64,000 nt of DNA from Aurantibacter sp. (lineage in GTDB: Bacteria > Bacteroidota > Bacteroidia > Flavobacteriales > Flavobacteriaceae), in NCBI RefSeq assembly GCF_039941195.1, contig NZ_JBDVFA010000098.1:99775-163774 (forward strand), read 5' to 3'. The first letter of the stretch is position 1. Every line of letters begins with the position of its first letter. A program made the translations under genes and the position numbers. Shown here piece by piece: positions 10,124 through 19,450 of the stretch. The notes under the pieces were generated by a model. That model did not search any database. It was not told the origin of the DNA and worked only from the letters and a program-made list of their open reading frames with translations.

Positions 10124-11206
10124 TTATAATTTAATTGGTGCTGCTTCCATCAATTGCTTGTCAATTTTTAAATTCATTGCTTTAAGAATAGTGGGGGCAA
10201 TCATATTAGTATATAATTGATTATTCCTTTTAATTTCTCCTTTGGGCGAAACTCCTTTACCAAAGAAGGCCATCCATACTTCACCTGAATTTTTTACCTC
10301 ATCTCCGTGACTACGCCATGTATCTAGAGGTTGAGTACCTCTTCCGTGATCCGTAGTTATTATGAATAGGGTATTATCTTTATAAAATGGGTCTTGTTGT
10401 GTGAAATTCCAAATTTCATTAATCATATCATCGGTGGCATTTGCAGATTTCAGATATGCATCATACTCGCCATCATGGGCGAAATCATCAGTTTCACCGT
10501 ATGCGATATATACCAATTCAGGATGATTTTTCTTCATAGTTTCTAGTGCATAATAATGCGTAAAACCATCGAACCGAACAGTACCCCACGGACTAGGAAC
10601 TTTCGGCTGAAGTTCGTTTAAAAGTTTTTCGCGATCGGTGAGGTTATTTCCTTTCGCATTTTCAAAACCAGCATTAACCGGAACACCTGATCGTTCTTCA
10701 TTTATTATATATGGAAAAACATCCCAGCTTCCAAAAGCGGCTACCTTGCCTTTATACCTTACATCAGAATTAGCAATTTCTAATACAGTTTTACTCGGAT
10801 TATTAATTTTAGCATTACTATCAATTCTTTCATCATCAGCTTTGCCTGTTAAAATTTCATTATAGCCAGGGTATGAAAACCACATTTTATTGGTTAAATT
10901 CACTTTACTACCAAAATTTCTATTCCCATGAATTTGACCTAATGCTGTAACTTTTGACCAAAAAAAAGGAAGTAGCGTTTCTCTTCTTTCGGCAGCTGTT
11001 TCTTTCCAGAATTGCTTTTTTAAACCGGTTGTATCATGTACATACTGTTTATTTGCAACTAAAAGCGGATCGGCCCCGGTAAAGAGTTCTTGCCAACGCA
11101 ATCCGTCCAAAGTGATTAATACTACTTTTGTGTTTTTTGATTGTTGCGCTTTTAGTGAAAAAGTAGTTACCATCAAAAAGACAGTAAACATTATTTTAGT
11201 TTTCAT
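10124..11206 (-). CDS. Secreted alkaline-phosphatase-superfamily enzyme (NPP/phosphoglyceromutase-like)
   Basis: Signal peptide (SLKA/QQ); LITLDGLR metal Asp; FSYPGYNEILTG; GETDDFAH; ITTDHGRG; final H. Its ATG overlaps the upstream stop (ATGA, 11203-11206). Confidence 0.8.
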   Translation of the reverse strand: MKTKIMFTVFLMVTTFSLKAQQSKNTKVVLITLDGLRWQELFTGADPLLVANKQYVHDTTGLKKQFWKETAAERRETLLPFFWSKVTALGQIHGNRNFGSKVNLTNKMWFSYPGYNEILTGKADDERIDSNAKINNPSKTVLEIANSDVRYKGKVAAFGSWDVFPYIINEERSGVPVNAGFENAKGNNLTDREKLLNELQPKVPSPWGTVRFDGFTHYYALETMKKNHPELVYIAYGETDDFAHDGEYDAYLKSANATDDMINEIWNFTQQDPFYKDNTLFIITTDHGRGTQPLDTWRSHGDEVKNSGEVWMAFFGKGVSPKGEIKRNNQLYTNMIAPTILKAMNLKIDKQLMEAAPIKL

Positions 11207-12792
11207 TTCTCTTTTGTTTTAAAAGTTTTAACCGCCGACCAATCGCTCCAATTCAAGTTTTGATCTCTGTAGCGAACGCGCCAATAATAAGTTGTATTTG
11301 GTTTTAAGCGTTGTATTTCTTCATCTGTAAGGTCATCATCTTTCTGCCGATTCTCTTTATAATACCAGTTTTCATACTGTTTCCATCTATCAAATGTGGG
11401 CTTTTCAAAAGATTCTGTAGTAGACACTTGCCAATTTGATGCTGCATGAAAAGCACCAGAATAATCACTTTTAAATTCACCTGCTTTAAAAATGACATTG
11501 GTAATTTCAATATCAGATTTCACTGGAGAAATCGCCAGAGGAACATTTGGTTTTCGTTCATTTCTAAAAATAGTTATGCTGTCTCTTAACTCGTTTTCTC
11601 GATGCTCAATTGTATTTCCCCTACTAATTCGTTTTATGGTAAACTTTGGGTTTTTTCGATCTCCATCAACAGATACCATTACAAATCCGTATTCATCTTG
11701 TGTTACGGTAAATTCATCATAATCTTTACCCTCAAATTCACCCCAATTATCAATTGCACCACCTGCTGACGCTACATTAATCCAAAGGTGTTTATGGTCT
11801 TTAGATTGACCTCTAGAATACCCATGTGTGTGTCCAAAAAAGTGAATACTTGGCTTACCGGTTTTAGTTGAAAATTGTTCTAATTCTTTCACAATTTTTC
11901 CGGTGAAATCTTCCTCACCAGGAATCCAAAGCTCTGATTTATATGGATGATGTAATTGCGCAAAAACAAAATCAATTTTATCATCTTTCTCAGTTTCTAA
12001 AAGCACCTTTTTCAACCATTCTAATTGTTCATATAAATCGCGATAACCATCATTAGAATCTAGACCGATAACACGTGTATTTCCATAGTCTTTATACCAC
12101 CAATGTTCTGCATAAGCTGGGGTACCATTTTCAGGCAAATTGAAATATTTGAAGTAATACACAGAATTACGTTCATGATTACCTGGCACAGGATATACTG
12201 GCACTTCAGAAAATAATTTTTCAGCAGGATTAAAAAAATGGTCTTTCCATTGAAAAAATTTCGAACCTCGTTCCACCAAATCTCCAGGTATAAGAACCAT
12301 TGCAAGATTATCTGGCAAGTTTCCTCCAAACTCTTTTTCAAGATAACCTATAACCCCTTCATTTACAACCTCGTTAAATTTATTAGGCTGATTATGATCG
12401 TATTGCATATCACTCATGGCTACCAACTTAAAATCTTCACCATCATCAGAAAAAGGTGTCGTTTTAAATTGAAAAATATCAGATTTCATTTTTCCTGTTC
12501 GCACACGGTAATAATATTCTGTAAAACGTTCTAAGCCTTCAATTTTTACAGTGTGTAATTGCACCGCATCAAAATTAACAGCTTCCGAAGTTCCTGACGC
12601 TTTTTTACCCAATTTCGGACTTGTTCCCCATTCTAATATACTTTCATCACCAATTGACGTTTGCCACATTACTACGGCTGAATTGGGTTCAACATCTTGT
12701 AGATACGGTTTAATCTCTAATTCTTGCGCCCTTGATTGAGCGCTTATAACTAAGAATAATAAGCATACAATTGCCTTTAATTTGGTATTCAT
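11203..12792 (-). CDS. Purple acid phosphatase / calcineurin-like metallophosphoesterase with N-terminal Ig-like and C-terminal FN3-like domain
   Basis: Signal peptide; KPYLQ N-domain; MSDMQ, PGDLV, PGNHE, QLHHP, GHTHGY; C-terminal YYWRVRYRD...WSDWS. Confidence 0.88.
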   Translation of the reverse strand: MNTKLKAIVCLLFLVISAQSRAQELEIKPYLQDVEPNSAVVMWQTSIGDESILEWGTSPKLGKKASGTSEAVNFDAVQLHTVKIEGLERFTEYYYRVRTGKMKSDIFQFKTTPFSDDGEDFKLVAMSDMQYDHNQPNKFNEVVNEGVIGYLEKEFGGNLPDNLAMVLIPGDLVERGSKFFQWKDHFFNPAEKLFSEVPVYPVPGNHERNSVYYFKYFNLPENGTPAYAEHWWYKDYGNTRVIGLDSNDGYRDLYEQLEWLKKVLLETEKDDKIDFVFAQLHHPYKSELWIPGEEDFTGKIVKELEQFSTKTGKPSIHFFGHTHGYSRGQSKDHKHLWINVASAGGAIDNWGEFEGKDYDEFTVTQDEYGFVMVSVDGDRKNPKFTIKRISRGNTIEHRENELRDSITIFRNERKPNVPLAISPVKSDIEITNVIFKAGEFKSDYSGAFHAASNWQVSTTESFEKPTFDRWKQYENWYYKENRQKDDDLTDEEIQRLKPNTTYYWRVRYRDQNLNWSDWSAVKTFKTKEK

Positions 12793-12823
12793 GTTCTTGA
12801 TTTAAATATTTTATGAATAATTT

Positions 12824-14188
12824 TTATGCCCTTAAATGATACGATTTAGGTTGCACAAAAGCCCGAATTCCTTGTGATGATAAAGTAGCTCCCAGACCTG
12901 AATTTTTTCTACCCGACCATGGCACATTTGGACTAACACGATCACAGCAATTCCAATACACAGTACCTGTATTCATTTGTTGAAGAACCTGCATAGCACG
13001 GTTTTCGTTGGCAGTGAAAATTGCTGACGTCAAACCATATTCTGTGTCTTGCATTAAGGCAATAGCTTCAGCATCAGTAGTTACTTTTTGTATACCGATA
13101 ATTGGTCCAAAAGATTCATCTTTCATCACCTTCATAGCATGAGTACAGTCGACCAAAACAGTGGGTTGAAAAAAGTAACCCTCACCATCAATAGCTTTTC
13201 CTCCAGTTTTTAGAACAGCACCTTTTTCTAAGGCATCATTCACTTGATCTTTCAATACTGTAAGTTGTGGTTCTCGCGTTAATGGGCCAATAAAAGTATT
13301 GGTATCATTAGGATCACCTATAGTATACGATGCAACCTCTTCTACAAAGCATTCAACAAATTCATCATAAATTGATTCAGAAACATAAATACGTTCAACG
13401 GCACAACAACTTTGACCATTATTATAAAAAGCGCCTTCTGCGGCATTTATAGCAGCAACTTTTACATTGGGCACATCATCTGCAATAAAGAGCGGGTCTT
13501 TTCCGCCTAATTCCAACTGCAATGGAACTAATTTTGCTGCTACAGATTTTGCTATTTTTTGACCAGTTGCATGAGATCCCGTAAAAAAGTAACCATCAAA
13601 TTCTGATTCTAAAATTTGTTGTCCTAATTTTCCATCACCAATAGCACATTTAAATACATTATTTGGTACACCAGCCTCATATAAATATTTTTCAAATTGC
13701 TTACCAGTAAGACTCGCAAATTCTGAAGGTTTATACAAAACAGCATTACCTGCAACCAAAGCATATAGAAAAACATTGTAACCTACATTGTATGGGAAAT
13801 TCCAAGCTGAAATATTTGCAATAACACCTAATGGCTCATAAACTATTTTCTCATGCGTAGCACCACTAGCCACCAATACCTCATCGGCTAACCATTTTTC
13901 AGCATTATCAATTAAATGGTCTATTCTATTCTGAGCGCCGACAATTTCATTTAACGATTGCTGTAATGGTTTCCCTGTTTCACTGGTAAGTAAAGCAGCT
14001 AATTCATCTTTATTTTGTTGAATAAGACTTCCGAACTTTACAATACAATCCAAACGCTCACCAACAGACCGTTGAGACCATTCTTTCTGTCCGCTTTGAA
14101 GTATTTTCAATAATTCATTCACTTCTTGCGGATTGTTAGCTTCCAATTCGGCTATAATTTTATTTGTTGCCGGGTTCTTAATTTTCAT
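12824..14188 (-). CDS. NAD(P)-dependent aldehyde dehydrogenase
   Basis: AWNFP, KPSE, FTGS, LELGGKDP (catalytic Glu), GQSCCA (catalytic Cys), ESFGP. Confidence 0.95.
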   Translation of the reverse strand: MKIKNPATNKIIAELEANNPQEVNELLKILQSGQKEWSQRSVGERLDCIVKFGSLIQQNKDELAALLTSETGKPLQQSLNEIVGAQNRIDHLIDNAEKWLADEVLVASGATHEKIVYEPLGVIANISAWNFPYNVGYNVFLYALVAGNAVLYKPSEFASLTGKQFEKYLYEAGVPNNVFKCAIGDGKLGQQILESEFDGYFFTGSHATGQKIAKSVAAKLVPLQLELGGKDPLFIADDVPNVKVAAINAAEGAFYNNGQSCCAVERIYVSESIYDEFVECFVEEVASYTIGDPNDTNTFIGPLTREPQLTVLKDQVNDALEKGAVLKTGGKAIDGEGYFFQPTVLVDCTHAMKVMKDESFGPIIGIQKVTTDAEAIALMQDTEYGLTSAIFTANENRAMQVLQQMNTGTVYWNCCDRVSPNVPWSGRKNSGLGATLSSQGIRAFVQPKSYHLRA

Positions 14189-14202
14189 TTCAAAATTTGA
14201 AT

Positions 14203-14940
14203 TTATTTTACTTGTTTTAAAAAGGCCTTATATAAAATATTATGGTCAATGAGTTCTCCACTTAAGGTGTTCGAAAATTCCGGGTGCCATTGTACGCCCA
14301 TCACCTTTCCGTTTTGTTCTTTGTTGTATCCAAAAGCCTCAATTAACCCATCATCACTATGTGCATAAACCGTTAGGTCTTCTCCTAAATCTTTTACTGC
14401 CTGATGATGCACTGTATTTACATGTGGATCTTTAATACCTTTGTATAAAGTATCAAAAAAGGTGTTTTCAACAATTTTTAAAGGATGCTTAATTGTATCA
14501 TACAATTCAGCTGATCTATGTTTATTTACATGAGGTAATTGTGTATCTAGATCTTGATATAGTGTACCACCAAAATAGGCATTCATCAATTGAAATCCAC
14601 GACAAATTCCTAAAACCGGCAATGAATTTTTAATTGCAAAATCAAGAATTTTCAATTCATATTGATCTCTATGCGCATCACCTTTCCATCTGCCAATTGG
14701 CTTTTCACCATAAGTTTCTGGTGCCAAATCACTACCGCCTTGTAATACAATACCGCTAACTTCAGATAAAATTGCTTCCAAATAAGAGTCATCCACATCA
14801 GGTATTAAAACTGGAAGAATACCTTTTTGTGTCACATACCGAGCCATGTCATTTTCAATGTAACTCAGCGATTTCATACCAAACACTGTCCGGTCTTTAT
14901 CTGGGTACATAAAGCAAGAAGAAATACCAATTTTTATCAT
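14203..14940 (-). CDS. Gamma-glutamyl-amide hydrolase, peptidase C26 / PuuD-like (class I glutamine amidotransferase fold)
   Basis: LQGGSD, RDQYE, LGICRGFQ (nucleophilic Cys), VNTVHHQAV, GVQWHPE (His-Glu). Confidence 0.9.
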   Translation of the reverse strand: MIKIGISSCFMYPDKDRTVFGMKSLSYIENDMARYVTQKGILPVLIPDVDDSYLEAILSEVSGIVLQGGSDLAPETYGEKPIGRWKGDAHRDQYELKILDFAIKNSLPVLGICRGFQLMNAYFGGTLYQDLDTQLPHVNKHRSAELYDTIKHPLKIVENTFFDTLYKGIKDPHVNTVHHQAVKDLGEDLTVYAHSDDGLIEAFGYNKEQNGKVMGVQWHPEFSNTLSGELIDHNILYKAFLKQVK

Positions 14941-14949
14941 TTCTTATTG

Positions 14950-16092
14950 TTAAAGTGCTGTTTGATATAACTTTTTAAAATCTTCTAATGCCACCGGTTT
15001 GGGGTTATTTGGATGACAAAAATCTGCCAGCGCCAAAACCGACAATTCATCAATATGCTCTGCTTTAACACCTATTGCTGATAACTTTGTGGGAAGTCCT
15101 AATTTTTCATTCAACTCAAATAAGTGAGAAACCACCTTACTGCCCTCATTAGACCCAAGCCCTAAAGCAACTGCCATTTTATCAAATCGGTCTTCAAAAC
15201 CTTCATAATTAAAGTCCATTCCATAGGGTAAATTAATAGCATTTGCCAAACCGTGATGGGTGTCAAATACACTAGATAATGGATGCGCCAAACTATGTAC
15301 TACTCCCAAACCTTTTTGGAAAGCAACAGCACCCATTAGTGATGCTAATAGCATTTTTGAACGCGATTCTATATCCGGATTTTTCGTAGCGGTTTCTAAA
15401 GACTGTGCAATCAATGTAATTCCTTCAAGAGCAATTCCATCGCACATTGGGTGAAAACCTTTTGCAACATACGCTTCCATATTATGGGTTAAGGCATCCA
15501 TACCTGTAGCAGCAGTAATAAAACCCGGAAGTTCCATTGTCAACATAGGATCTGCAAAGACAATTTTTGCCATCAACTTTGGACTAAACAAAATTCGTTT
15601 CTTTTTGCTTTCATCTTCCGAGATTATAGCACTTCTACCCACCTCACTTCCAGTACCTGAAGTTGTTGGCACGGTTATAAAATGAGGTACATCTTCAGTA
15701 ACATATTTATCACCACCTATTAGATCATCATAATCAAAAAGATCACGTTTATGATTAACTCGTAGAACGATGGCTCTAGCAACGTCTAAAGCAACGCCAC
15801 CACCAATACCTACAATACAATCGCACTTGGCATCATGATAAGCATCACCACCTTTAAGAACATCCGATTTAAGTGGATTTTTGTGCATTTCAGTGAATAC
15901 TTCTACACTCAATCCAGCTTTTTCTATGTCCTTCTTTATTTTTTTAAAAAAGGACAATTCTGCTACAGTACCATCAGTTACAAAAAGTGGCTTTTTTAGG
16001 TTATGGCTTTTTAAGTAATCAGCTAGCTCATTAATAACACCACTTCCAAAGCGAATTGGAGTTGGAAAATTATAAGTATATGTAGTATTCAA
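14950..16092 (-). CDS. Iron-containing alcohol dehydrogenase (TTG start)
   Basis: GIGGGVALD, PTTSGTGSE, GMDALTHNME, HSLAH, HHGLAN (Fe ligands). Confidence 0.92.
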   Translation of the reverse strand: MNTTYTYNFPTPIRFGSGVINELADYLKSHNLKKPLFVTDGTVAELSFFKKIKKDIEKAGLSVEVFTEMHKNPLKSDVLKGGDAYHDAKCDCIVGIGGGVALDVARAIVLRVNHKRDLFDYDDLIGGDKYVTEDVPHFITVPTTSGTGSEVGRSAIISEDESKKKRILFSPKLMAKIVFADPMLTMELPGFITAATGMDALTHNMEAYVAKGFHPMCDGIALEGITLIAQSLETATKNPDIESRSKMLLASLMGAVAFQKGLGVVHSLAHPLSSVFDTHHGLANAINLPYGMDFNYEGFEDRFDKMAVALGLGSNEGSKVVSHLFELNEKLGLPTKLSAIGVKAEHIDELSVLALADFCHPNNPKPVALEDFKKLYQTAL

Positions 16093-16103
16093 TTTTTATC
16101 TAT

Positions 16104-17459
16104 TTAAATTATTTCGAAATATCTTTTGGTTTCCCAATCAGTCACAGCAGCAGCAAATTGCTTCCATTCCCATTCTCGGGTATATGTAAAATGATCTACA
16201 AACGCTTCACCAAAAATCTCTTTCGCAATTGTTGAGTTTTTCATTTTTATCGCTGCTTCTAATAAGTTTGAAGGCAGCTTTCCATTTTTAAAGTCTAGGT
16301 ATCCATTACCATTTGTTGGTTCAACAGTTAATTCAAGCTTATGCTTAATTCCGTATAACCCACTAGCCAAACAAGCAGCCATTGCCAAATAAGAATTCGT
16401 ATCAGAACCTACTACTCTATGTTCAATTCTTGTTGATTTTGCAGAACCTACTAAAGGTCTTAGCGCTGTGGTTCTATTATCATGACCCCACGTAATTGTA
16501 GTTGGTGCCCAAGCTCCTTCCACTAAGCGTTTATAACTATTTATTGTTGGGGCAAACATGGGTAATATTTCTGGAAGACAAAGTAATTGTCCTGCAAGAA
16601 AACTCCGCATTATAGTACTCATTCCATCTTTTGCCTTTTCATCAAAAAACAAATTGGTTTTCATATCTACATCCCAAAGGCTTTGATGAACATGACCACT
16701 ACAACCGGGTAAATCACTACTAGGTTTGGCCATAAAACTTGGCACTATACCATGCTTGTGACCGATTTCTTTGGCTGCGGTTTTAAACAAAACTGCACGA
16801 TCAGCAGCTTCAAGAATTCCACTATATTGAATAGCCGCCTCTGTAACTCCAGGGCCAGTTTCAGTATGAAGACCTTCTAATGGAACATTAAATTCACCTA
16901 ACAAATCGAAAAGGTCCTGAAAAAATTCGGAGTTTTCTGATAATTTCAACATAGAATACCCAAACATTCCAGAAGTAAGTGGTTGTAGGTTACTAAAATT
17001 CTTTTCGTTTACAGAAGTCGACGTTTCTTTATAATTAAACCATTCAAATTCTTGAGAAAACATGGCAGCAAAACCCATTTGTTCACTTTCAGCAATTATC
17101 TTTTTTAGCAAACTTCTTGGGCACACCGAAAAATTTTCTTCTCCATTCGAAAAATCAGCTAAAAACAGCGGTGTATTCTTTTCCCAAGGAATTGTTCTAA
17201 AAGTATTTAAATCGATATACGCATTTACATCTCCATAACCCGTATGCCATCCGGTAACTTTAGCATTTTCATATGAAACGTCATCCATATCCCATCCAAA
17301 GACTACCGAACAAAATCCGAATCCGTCTTTTAATGCTGCAATAAACTTGTCTTTATGCATGTATTTACCGCGTAAAACGCCATCAATATCTACAATAGCC
17401 AACTTTATTTTATGATGACCGCTTTCTTGAATTCTTAAGATAATTTCATTTTTGTCCAT
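16104..17459 (-). CDS. Glutamine-synthetase-like gamma-glutamyl-amine ligase (PuuA/GlnA4-like)
   Basis: DIDGVLRGK, EFEWF, HTETGPG, KP...GCSGHVHQS, NSYKRL..WAP, NRTTALR, RIEHR. The flap reads GAWAP where true GS has GYEAP. Confidence 0.88.
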   Translation of the reverse strand: MDKNEIILRIQESGHHKIKLAIVDIDGVLRGKYMHKDKFIAALKDGFGFCSVVFGWDMDDVSYENAKVTGWHTGYGDVNAYIDLNTFRTIPWEKNTPLFLADFSNGEENFSVCPRSLLKKIIAESEQMGFAAMFSQEFEWFNYKETSTSVNEKNFSNLQPLTSGMFGYSMLKLSENSEFFQDLFDLLGEFNVPLEGLHTETGPGVTEAAIQYSGILEAADRAVLFKTAAKEIGHKHGIVPSFMAKPSSDLPGCSGHVHQSLWDVDMKTNLFFDEKAKDGMSTIMRSFLAGQLLCLPEILPMFAPTINSYKRLVEGAWAPTTITWGHDNRTTALRPLVGSAKSTRIEHRVVGSDTNSYLAMAACLASGLYGIKHKLELTVEPTNGNGYLDFKNGKLPSNLLEAAIKMKNSTIAKEIFGEAFVDHFTYTREWEWKQFAAAVTDWETKRYFEII

Positions 17460-17468
17460 GGGCTACCT

Positions 17469-18791
17469 TTATTTCATTTTATGATTGAGAAAAATTAAGA
17501 AATACAGATATGAAACCCCAATAATACCAATGAAAATTAATGCGATATTAAAATTATAATAGGTCATTGATACAAAAGCAATTATAGCAATTATCAGTGC
17601 AGTACTAGGAAACAGGGGAAACAGAGGCACTTTAAATGGACGTTCTAATTCAGGTTCTTTTTTTCGAAGTGCAAAAAATGAAAGCATTGATACGATGTAG
17701 AGTCCTAAAGCACCAAAACAAGCAATGGTAATAATCTCACCTGTTTTACCTGTAAACAAAGCCACAATGCCAATAAGCATATTCACAATTAATGAGTTTG
17801 CTGGCGTTCTATACTTTTTATGAATTGCCCCTAGCACTTTAGGAGCATAACCAACTCTACCGAATTCAAAAGTTGATCGGCCACCAGCAAGAATAATTCC
17901 ATGAAAAGAAGCTACCAAACCTAATAGGCCAATACCTACTAAAAGTTTATACAAAATATGATCACTAGACACCACGTAAGAAATAGCTAAAGGAAGTGGT
18001 GAATCTGAGGCAATTGCACTACCTGCAGGATACACTACAGCCTCCCAACCTGCCACGCCAACTGCTGAAGCAAAAGTGAGCAAACATAAAATAACCAAGG
18101 TTAAAATGGCAGAACCAAAACCTATTAAAATACTTCGCTGTGGATTAATAGCTTCTTCTGCTACATTTGCTACGCCTTCTATCGCTAAGAAAAACCAGAT
18201 AGCGAAAGGAATGGCGGCAAAAATACCAGCGTAACCATTTGGCAATGGATTAGATTGAACATTTGCCCATTCAAATTCAGGCAATGTAACCCCAGAAAAT
18301 ATTAAAAGCTCGATAATAGCTAATACGGTAATTACCAATTCAAAAGTAGCTGCCAGTTTTACCCCTAGAATATTAATTAAGGTAAAAATTACATACGCAC
18401 CAATAGCAAAAATCATTAAATCTACAGAAGGATAAAGTAGGTTTAAATACGCGCCAATTGCTGCAGCTATGGCCGGCGGCGCAAAAACGAATTCTATATT
18501 TTGAGTAATACCCGCTAAAAATCCTAAATGCTTACCGAGCCCCCTATTTGCATATTCAAATGCTCCACCAGCTTTAGGAATGGCACAAGCCATTTCGGTA
18601 TAGCTAAAGGTAAACGTAACGTACATTAGTATGATGAAAATGGTAGCAATCGCAAGTCCGTATGTACCTCCTTCGGCAAGACCTAAATTCCATCCGAAGT
18701 ACATTCCCGATATTACATATCCAACACCTAACCCCCATAACATTAAAGGACTTAGTACTTTTTTCAATTTGGGTTGGTCGGTTTGGCTCAT
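17469..18791 (-). CDS. eat: Ethanolamine permease (APC family)
   Basis: LWGLGVGYVISGMYFGW, IEFVFAPPAIAAAIGAYL and AIPFAIWFFLAIEG match motifs I recall for Eat-type permeases; about 12 hydrophobic segments. Confidence 0.82.
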   Translation of the reverse strand: MSQTDQPKLKKVLSPLMLWGLGVGYVISGMYFGWNLGLAEGGTYGLAIATIFIILMYVTFTFSYTEMACAIPKAGGAFEYANRGLGKHLGFLAGITQNIEFVFAPPAIAAAIGAYLNLLYPSVDLMIFAIGAYVIFTLINILGVKLAATFELVITVLAIIELLIFSGVTLPEFEWANVQSNPLPNGYAGIFAAIPFAIWFFLAIEGVANVAEEAINPQRSILIGFGSAILTLVILCLLTFASAVGVAGWEAVVYPAGSAIASDSPLPLAISYVVSSDHILYKLLVGIGLLGLVASFHGIILAGGRSTFEFGRVGYAPKVLGAIHKKYRTPANSLIVNMLIGIVALFTGKTGEIITIACFGALGLYIVSMLSFFALRKKEPELERPFKVPLFPLFPSTALIIAIIAFVSMTYYNFNIALIFIGIIGVSYLYFLIFLNHKMK

Positions 18792-18978
18792 TTCGGTTGG
18801 TTTATCAATATCGCAAAATTCATGACAGTTGAATAATACCTGAAATTAAAATTTTTTAGAATATAAAACCTAGTTTTTCAATTATTTAGTTAATTATGTA
18901 CATTTAATTACGATATACAGGAATATACTTCTAAAAACATCATCTCGAAGATTGTTATTTAGGCTAAAAATACTACTC

Positions 18979-19449
18979 ATGAAACTGGACGAAAAAGACC
19001 TAAAAATTTTAGATTTATTACAAGAGGATGCTAATATTACTAACAAGCAAATAGCGCTAGCAACTAATTTAACTTTAACACCTGTTTATGAACGTATTAA
19101 AAAGCTTACATCTTTAGCGTTACTTAAGAAAAAGGTTTATTTATTGAATCGTAAAAAATTAGGGCTGAATGTAATGGTATTGGTTTCAGTCAAAATTGAA
19201 AAACACTCCGAAGAAGGAGCACTATCATTTATGAATGAAATAAAAAAAATTCCTGAAGTAATCGAATGTTTGCATGTTACCGGGGCTTTTGACTTTCAAT
19301 TAAAGGTTATTACAAAAGATATTGATACATATCACGAATTTAATTTTAAAAAATTAGCTACAATTAAAAATATTAGTCAAATGGAAAGCTATTTTGTGAT
19401 GAAAGAGGTTATAAATTCAACTCGATTGCCTTTGTCTATTATTAAATAA
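18979..19449 (+). CDS. Lrp/AsnC family transcriptional regulator, divergent from eat
   Basis: LDEKDLKILDLLQEDANITNKQIA HTH and ECLHVTGAFDFQLKV RAM domain. ATG at 18979 preferred over the TTG at 18952. Confidence 0.9.
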   Translation: MKLDEKDLKILDLLQEDANITNKQIALATNLTLTPVYERIKKLTSLALLKKKVYLLNRKKLGLNVMVLVSVKIEKHSEEGALSFMNEIKKIPEVIECLHVTGAFDFQLKVITKDIDTYHEFNFKKLATIKNISQMESYFVMKEVINSTRLPLSIIK

Positions 19450-19450
19450 A

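Noticed and set aside
16104-17459. Calling the GS-family gene glnA
   Set aside because: The flap Glu is replaced by Trp, and the operon context (Eat, C26 hydrolase, ADH, ALDH) indicates amine glutamylation rather than ammonia assimilation.
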